Virus record (IMG/VR): IMGVR_UViG_3300026088_000015
Coordinates: 8,472-72,471 of that record
Direction: 5' to 3' (one strand)
Origin: a virus
Lineage: Duplodnaviria > Caudoviricetes
DNA: 64,000 nucleotides
Translations under genes and position numbers: made by a program
Shown here: in pieces, positions 60,275 through 64,000 of the stretch
How positions within the stretch are numbered: position 1 is the first letter of the stretch
How the letters are laid out: every line of letters begins with the position of its first letter
Notes under the pieces: model-generated
Told to the model about the DNA's origin: nothing
Database searches by the model: none
What the model saw: only the letters and a program-made list of their open reading frames with translations

Positions 60275-62320
60275 TTATTTGAAATATCCCCACATTTTAT
60301 GTATAGGCGTAGGGTCGGCCTTGGGTTCATAGGGAGCCTCAGCAGCCAAGATGGCAAACCCAGCAGCTACTGTTAAATCTCGCTGACCTCTGGTATCGTA
60401 GGTAAAGTCAAGAAAGTCCTGTATCATCCTCTTCCCGCGCAAGGCATGACCTCTTTTGGCTATATGGGTTTTTAGCCTTGTAATATACAGGTCGATGATA
60501 GAAGAGGAGGCAGAGGTTCCCAGGGTGCCTTCTATCTTCTTTTTAATGTCCATAGTGGTATTCTCCGGACGGGTCATGATGAATTGCTTATAACCTCTTC
60601 TTTTGAAGTGGTTATATATGTCAAATTTCTGGTTCTCGATGTGGATTTTACATCCAAAGAAGTGACAGGCAATGATCATGTCTTCATAGAAATCAGAAGG
60701 GTCATCTGGGTCAAATAGGTAATCTGCTATAAAGGTATCAGATCTATTTTCGCGGTGATTCATATCATACTTTCTGAAGACTGCTGCTGCTGCCTTAGAC
60801 TGTCCGTGTACGGCCTCTGACCCAGAGTTTACTGGGTCACATCCCATGGCAAAGCGTTCATCATTTTCTGGGGCATATTTATTTTCATCGAATCCATTAT
60901 CGGACACCCTGTTTTGCTGGGCTTCTATATGAAGGAAGTTTACAAACCATTTACCGGACATTTCATTAGGAGTGAACATAGCTTTTTTATCCACTTCTGC
61001 CCAGATAAAATCTCCGCGAATCTCAAGGTCTTCCACGTCATCTCCAGTAAGATTCATGCAGTATTCCTTTACCTTGGTAAGCTCCATTACGTTGAATGGA
61101 CACTTCTGAGAGTCTGTCATGAAGAGCTCGTTCTCATTGAGAGGCTGCCTTCTAATCTGAGCTGCTAGTTCTTTAGGATTCCCCTCAAGGGATTTACGAT
61201 CCTCCATAATCTTCTTAAGGTTCCCTTTGATATCAGGATTCCCATATTTATCAAAGTTCATCGCCCGATCAGCAGGCATGAAGAACTTATAGAGCCCTGA
61301 TTGGGTCCTACCATTTTCTCCCTTATTAAGAGGATTGGAGGCGTGCCACAGGATGGCAAAATTACCCCCACCATCTTCCTTATCTTCAACTGTAGTAGTG
61401 TACAGACATTTTCCTATTATTTCAGTTCCTACGGTACAGCAAAACTTAACAACGTTATGCCTTTCATAAATATCGTGCTTTACGAGCTTCCCACACTCGT
61501 CGGAGATATATCTTTTTAACTTCGATCCATCATAAGACAGCGGATCGGCAGCCTTAAAATCTATTACTGAGTTAAGTTCCTCCTCGAAGAAGGTAAGAAC
61601 ATCATCACCCTTACGGATTGTCTTGGTAAAAGAAAGCTCCCCTTTAGGGTTAGCGCCTTTGTCTTCATCGAAGATAGGCTTGAAGAAGTCTACAAGATGC
61701 TTGAATGGTGCTATGATCGCATTCCTGTAAACCGAATCACGCGCATCTACGTCGGTTTTTGATTGTATTCCTCCGCGAGAGTTTTTAGTCCTGGATATGT
61801 ATTCATAGGTAGCAGCACCAGCAAAATAGGTCTTTCCTCCGCGACGAAGAGTAGCTTCAATCATTCCAAGACAATCAGGATCTTCACAGCAATATTGCCA
61901 GAAGAGAGACTTCTCTCTGTCATTTATCCTGTACTCAGGATAGCCATCATCAATCTTCCAATGGGTTAAATAAAAATATAGCAGCCCTGTAATATAAGTA
62001 GGGTGTCCATCGTTCATAAACCATACGCCATTCAATCGTCGTTGCCACTCTGTAGTCTTAAGTACCGAAAGCTTATCGTCTTTAAAATCAGGATTAGCCT
62101 TCTGCATTCTTAGCTCAGCAGCACGCTTGGTATTGTAATCTTTAATATCAAATGGCCTTCTCCAGTACTGATCCTTTTTTTCTTTGTCAGCAAATAGTAT
62201 TTCAGTGGGCACAAGCTCTCCTGTTCCTGAGTAATAATCAGGAACAAATCCTACAGGAGGAATATGAATCTTCAGCCCCTGTATCTTTTCTATTGTGCCA
62301 CCAGCGAAAGGGGAGAACAT
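60275..62320 (-). CDS. terL: Terminase large subunit
   Basis: LRRGGKTYF Walker A, YISDECGK Walker B, AMGCDPV nuclease Asp, DLTVAAG. Confidence 0.9.
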   Translation of the reverse strand: MFSPFAGGTIEKIQGLKIHIPPVGFVPDYYSGTGELVPTEILFADKEKKDQYWRRPFDIKDYNTKRAAELRMQKANPDFKDDKLSVLKTTEWQRRLNGVWFMNDGHPTYITGLLYFYLTHWKIDDGYPEYRINDREKSLFWQYCCEDPDCLGMIEATLRRGGKTYFAGAATYEYISRTKNSRGGIQSKTDVDARDSVYRNAIIAPFKHLVDFFKPIFDEDKGANPKGELSFTKTIRKGDDVLTFFEEELNSVIDFKAADPLSYDGSKLKRYISDECGKLVKHDIYERHNVVKFCCTVGTEIIGKCLYTTTVEDKEDGGGNFAILWHASNPLNKGENGRTQSGLYKFFMPADRAMNFDKYGNPDIKGNLKKIMEDRKSLEGNPKELAAQIRRQPLNENELFMTDSQKCPFNVMELTKVKEYCMNLTGDDVEDLEIRGDFIWAEVDKKAMFTPNEMSGKWFVNFLHIEAQQNRVSDNGFDENKYAPENDERFAMGCDPVNSGSEAVHGQSKAAAAVFRKYDMNHRENRSDTFIADYLFDPDDPSDFYEDMIIACHFFGCKIHIENQKFDIYNHFKRRGYKQFIMTRPENTTMDIKKKIEGTLGTSASSSIIDLYITRLKTHIAKRGHALRGKRMIQDFLDFTYDTRGQRDLTVAAGFAILAAEAPYEPKADPTPIHKMWGYFK

Positions 62321-62596
62321 TTATTCTGGTTTATATACTTTTTCTGAAAAGTGATTGATGTAGTCATCAATACTTTTTAGATTTATATCAATGTCATTCT
62401 GCTGTGAAATCCATGCCATCCACAAAGTAAATTTTCTTGTGAAATCATAGGTAAGATCAGCATGAAATAAATCCTCACTTTTCTCTGATTCAAATGCCTT
62501 ATCTTCTACAAGAAGCCATTGTGCGGCTTTCTTATTATGAAGTTGAGTTAATTTATGGAGTGCTTTAATAACTTGTTTTTCTTCTGCCATTACCAT
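62321..62596 (-). CDS. Hypothetical protein
   Basis: ORF in operon. Confidence 0.5.
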   Translation of the reverse strand: MVMAEEKQVIKALHKLTQLHNKKAAQWLLVEDKAFESEKSEDLFHADLTYDFTRKFTLWMAWISQQNDIDINLKSIDDYINHFSEKVYKPE

Positions 62597-63246
62597 TTTC
62601 TGTTTATAGTTGAAATTTCCTCTGGAGTAGTGAGCATTAGATCAGAACTCTTATAAGTCTTAGCCACATCATCATTATCACCAAAGAACTCTTTGTAGTA
62701 ACCTTTTAGTCTCTCACGTATTTCGTCACATTCTTTTAAGATAGCACTTTTGTTTTTTGCTGCAATGGTTACATCCTTCTCATCTGTACTCTGCAATGGC
62801 TTCGCGATGATACCATGAAACTCATAGAGCGCCTGCTCTGCTGTAACAATACTAGAGAGTAATGTATTCTTCTGAATCTTGATGAAGGTCATGATCATCT
62901 TAAACACCTTCTCTTCCTTCAGATCAAAAAGCTCATCCTTTACTTTATCCCCATTAATTTCCTTAGAATCAAAGCCAGCCATCTTGGCGGCATTAAGTTT
63001 CCTTTCTCCTAAGTTGTCTCGGAAGTTCTTGATGAGCGGAGACCGCTCCGAGTACATGTAGTTGATATAATGGATAACCTTATCCCGGTTAAGCATCCCT
63101 TCAGGAGTTCCTCCATAGGAAGTAAACTCTTCATACTTCCTTATGGAGGGAGATAATTGCAGTGGGTCTCCTGCAATATTATGTATCTTTAAAAATAAAT
63201 CCTTAAACTCATCGTCAGGGAGTTTGCTATTCTTTGGTGTTATCAT
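62590..63246 (-). CDS. Possible terminase small subunit
   Basis: Helical 218-aa protein upstream of TerL; inferred from position only. Confidence 0.35.
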   Translation of the reverse strand: MITPKNSKLPDDEFKDLFLKIHNIAGDPLQLSPSIRKYEEFTSYGGTPEGMLNRDKVIHYINYMYSERSPLIKNFRDNLGERKLNAAKMAGFDSKEINGDKVKDELFDLKEEKVFKMIMTFIKIQKNTLLSSIVTAEQALYEFHGIIAKPLQSTDEKDVTIAAKNKSAILKECDEIRERLKGYYKEFFGDNDDVAKTYKSSDLMLTTPEEISTINRKW

Positions 63247-63595
63247 AATCTTCTATAATTATCTCTATTTTTTGAGATTTTCTATCTACTAAAACCTGTT
63301 TAGTAGAAAATTCGACAACTATTTTAGGGCTATCGTCAATTATTATCTTGGCATCCTTAAGGCAATCCATCGGAAGCTTTACCGAAGCTGACGCATTGTC
63401 CCAGTCCATAAATCTATTACAGTACCTTATATACGTAATTTTTACTGGTCCCTTATGCCTATTTAAAGTCTGGGAGCGTATTTTAATAAAATACCTATCC
63501 TTTCTTTTCTTCCTTGCTGAAAAGTGCTCTCTTATTAATCCTTCAGTTCCATTTAACCCTGGAGGCAATTCATCAAGCACTAATCTGGTAATCAT
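63227..63595 (-). CDS. rusA: RusA-like Holliday junction resolvase
   Basis: LPPGLN...MDWDN..K..MDCL..AKIIIDDS acidic motifs. Confidence 0.75.
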   Translation of the reverse strand: MITRLVLDELPPGLNGTEGLIREHFSARKKRKDRYFIKIRSQTLNRHKGPVKITYIRYCNRFMDWDNASASVKLPMDCLKDAKIIIDDSPKIVVEFSTKQVLVDRKSQKIEIIIEDYDNTKE

Positions 63596-63655
63596 CGACG
63601 TAAGCTACAATAATTATTCTAAATAGACAAATCGTAGAAATAATTTGATTATTGT

Positions 63656-63687
63656 TTTGTTATTGTCGAATCGATTTCCTATGTTTG
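63656..63687 (+). promoter_or_regulatory. Consensus Bacteroidota promoter driving LRR copy 2
   Basis: TTTG(63656-59)-N20-TATGTTTG(63680-87). Confidence 0.75.
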
Positions 63688-63730
63688 TTTTACAGTAAAA
63701 ATAATGGCAATTACAAAATTAAACTATAAT

Positions 63731-64000
63731 ATGAGCGAGAAAATAAAAGATTTCTGCAAGAATCACAAAATAACCGTCGCCCAGTTTTTGGGCGAGGAAA
63801 ATATAGAAGGGAGCCTGTACCTTAGCTCGCTGACCTCGATCCCCGAAAATTTCAACTCCACCGTGGGCGGGGACCTGAACCTTGACTCGCTGACCTCGAT
63901 CCCAGACAATTTCAACCCCACCGTGGGCGGGGGCCTGTACCTTAGCTCGCTGACCTCGATCCCCGACAACTTCAACCCCACCGTGGGGTTGAAATTGTCT
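63731..64000 (+). CDS. LRR-like tandem-repeat protein, copy 2 (open to window end; alternative ATG 63704)
   Basis: Own translation MSEKIKDFCKNHKITVAQFLGEENIE-GSLYLSSLTSIPENFNSTVG-GDLNLDSLTSIPDNFNPTVG-GGLYLSSLTSIPDNFNPTVG-LKLS. Confidence 0.9.
   Translation, partial: MSEKIKDFCKNHKITVAQFLGEENIEGSLYLSSLTSIPENFNSTVGGDLNLDSLTSIPDNFNPTVGGGLYLSSLTSIPDNFNPTVGLKLS
63743..63811 (+). repeat. 69-bp perfect inverted repeat, arm 2
   Basis: Identical to the reverse complement of 56463-56531. Confidence 0.95.

Noticed and set aside
63763-63981. 72-aa minus-strand ORF
   Set aside because: Antisense shadow of LRR copy 2

Overview
The window is about 64 kb of a tailed dsDNA phage genome. The host is very likely a Bacteroidota: there are several TTTG-N19/20-TAnnTTTG promoters and Bacteroidota-type lipoprotein and tyrosine-recombinase genes. 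The + strand (1-26 kb) carries the end of a sugar-modification cluster (FkbM, DegT, Gmd), a RecT/YqaJ-like recombination pair, an IS1595 transposase with neighbouring accessory genes, a divergent HTH/early-gene switch, an Ocr-like candidate, a short tyrosine recombinase, replication genes and many small ORFs. The - strand (26-63.6 kb) carries a podovirus virion module with a crAss-like gene order: RusA, TerL, an 813-aa portal, scaffold, MCP, tail protein, three ring proteins, muzzle, three cargo proteins, fibres, an SGNH spike and a CHAP lysis cassette. No virion RNA polymerase was recognised, so a Pachyviridae-like or other crAss-related temperate phage is inferred. The most striking feature is a pair of inverted paralogous genes (55551-56543 on -, 63731 to the window end on +) built from GC-rich 60-bp/20-aa LRR-like tandem units. 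They share a perfect 69-bp leader, vary mainly at three codons that are all NNC, bracket the portal-terminase block, and the second copy folds back on itself at the window end. No reverse transcriptase, CRISPR array or tRNA was recognised. All family calls are by-eye motif recognition, not database hits.
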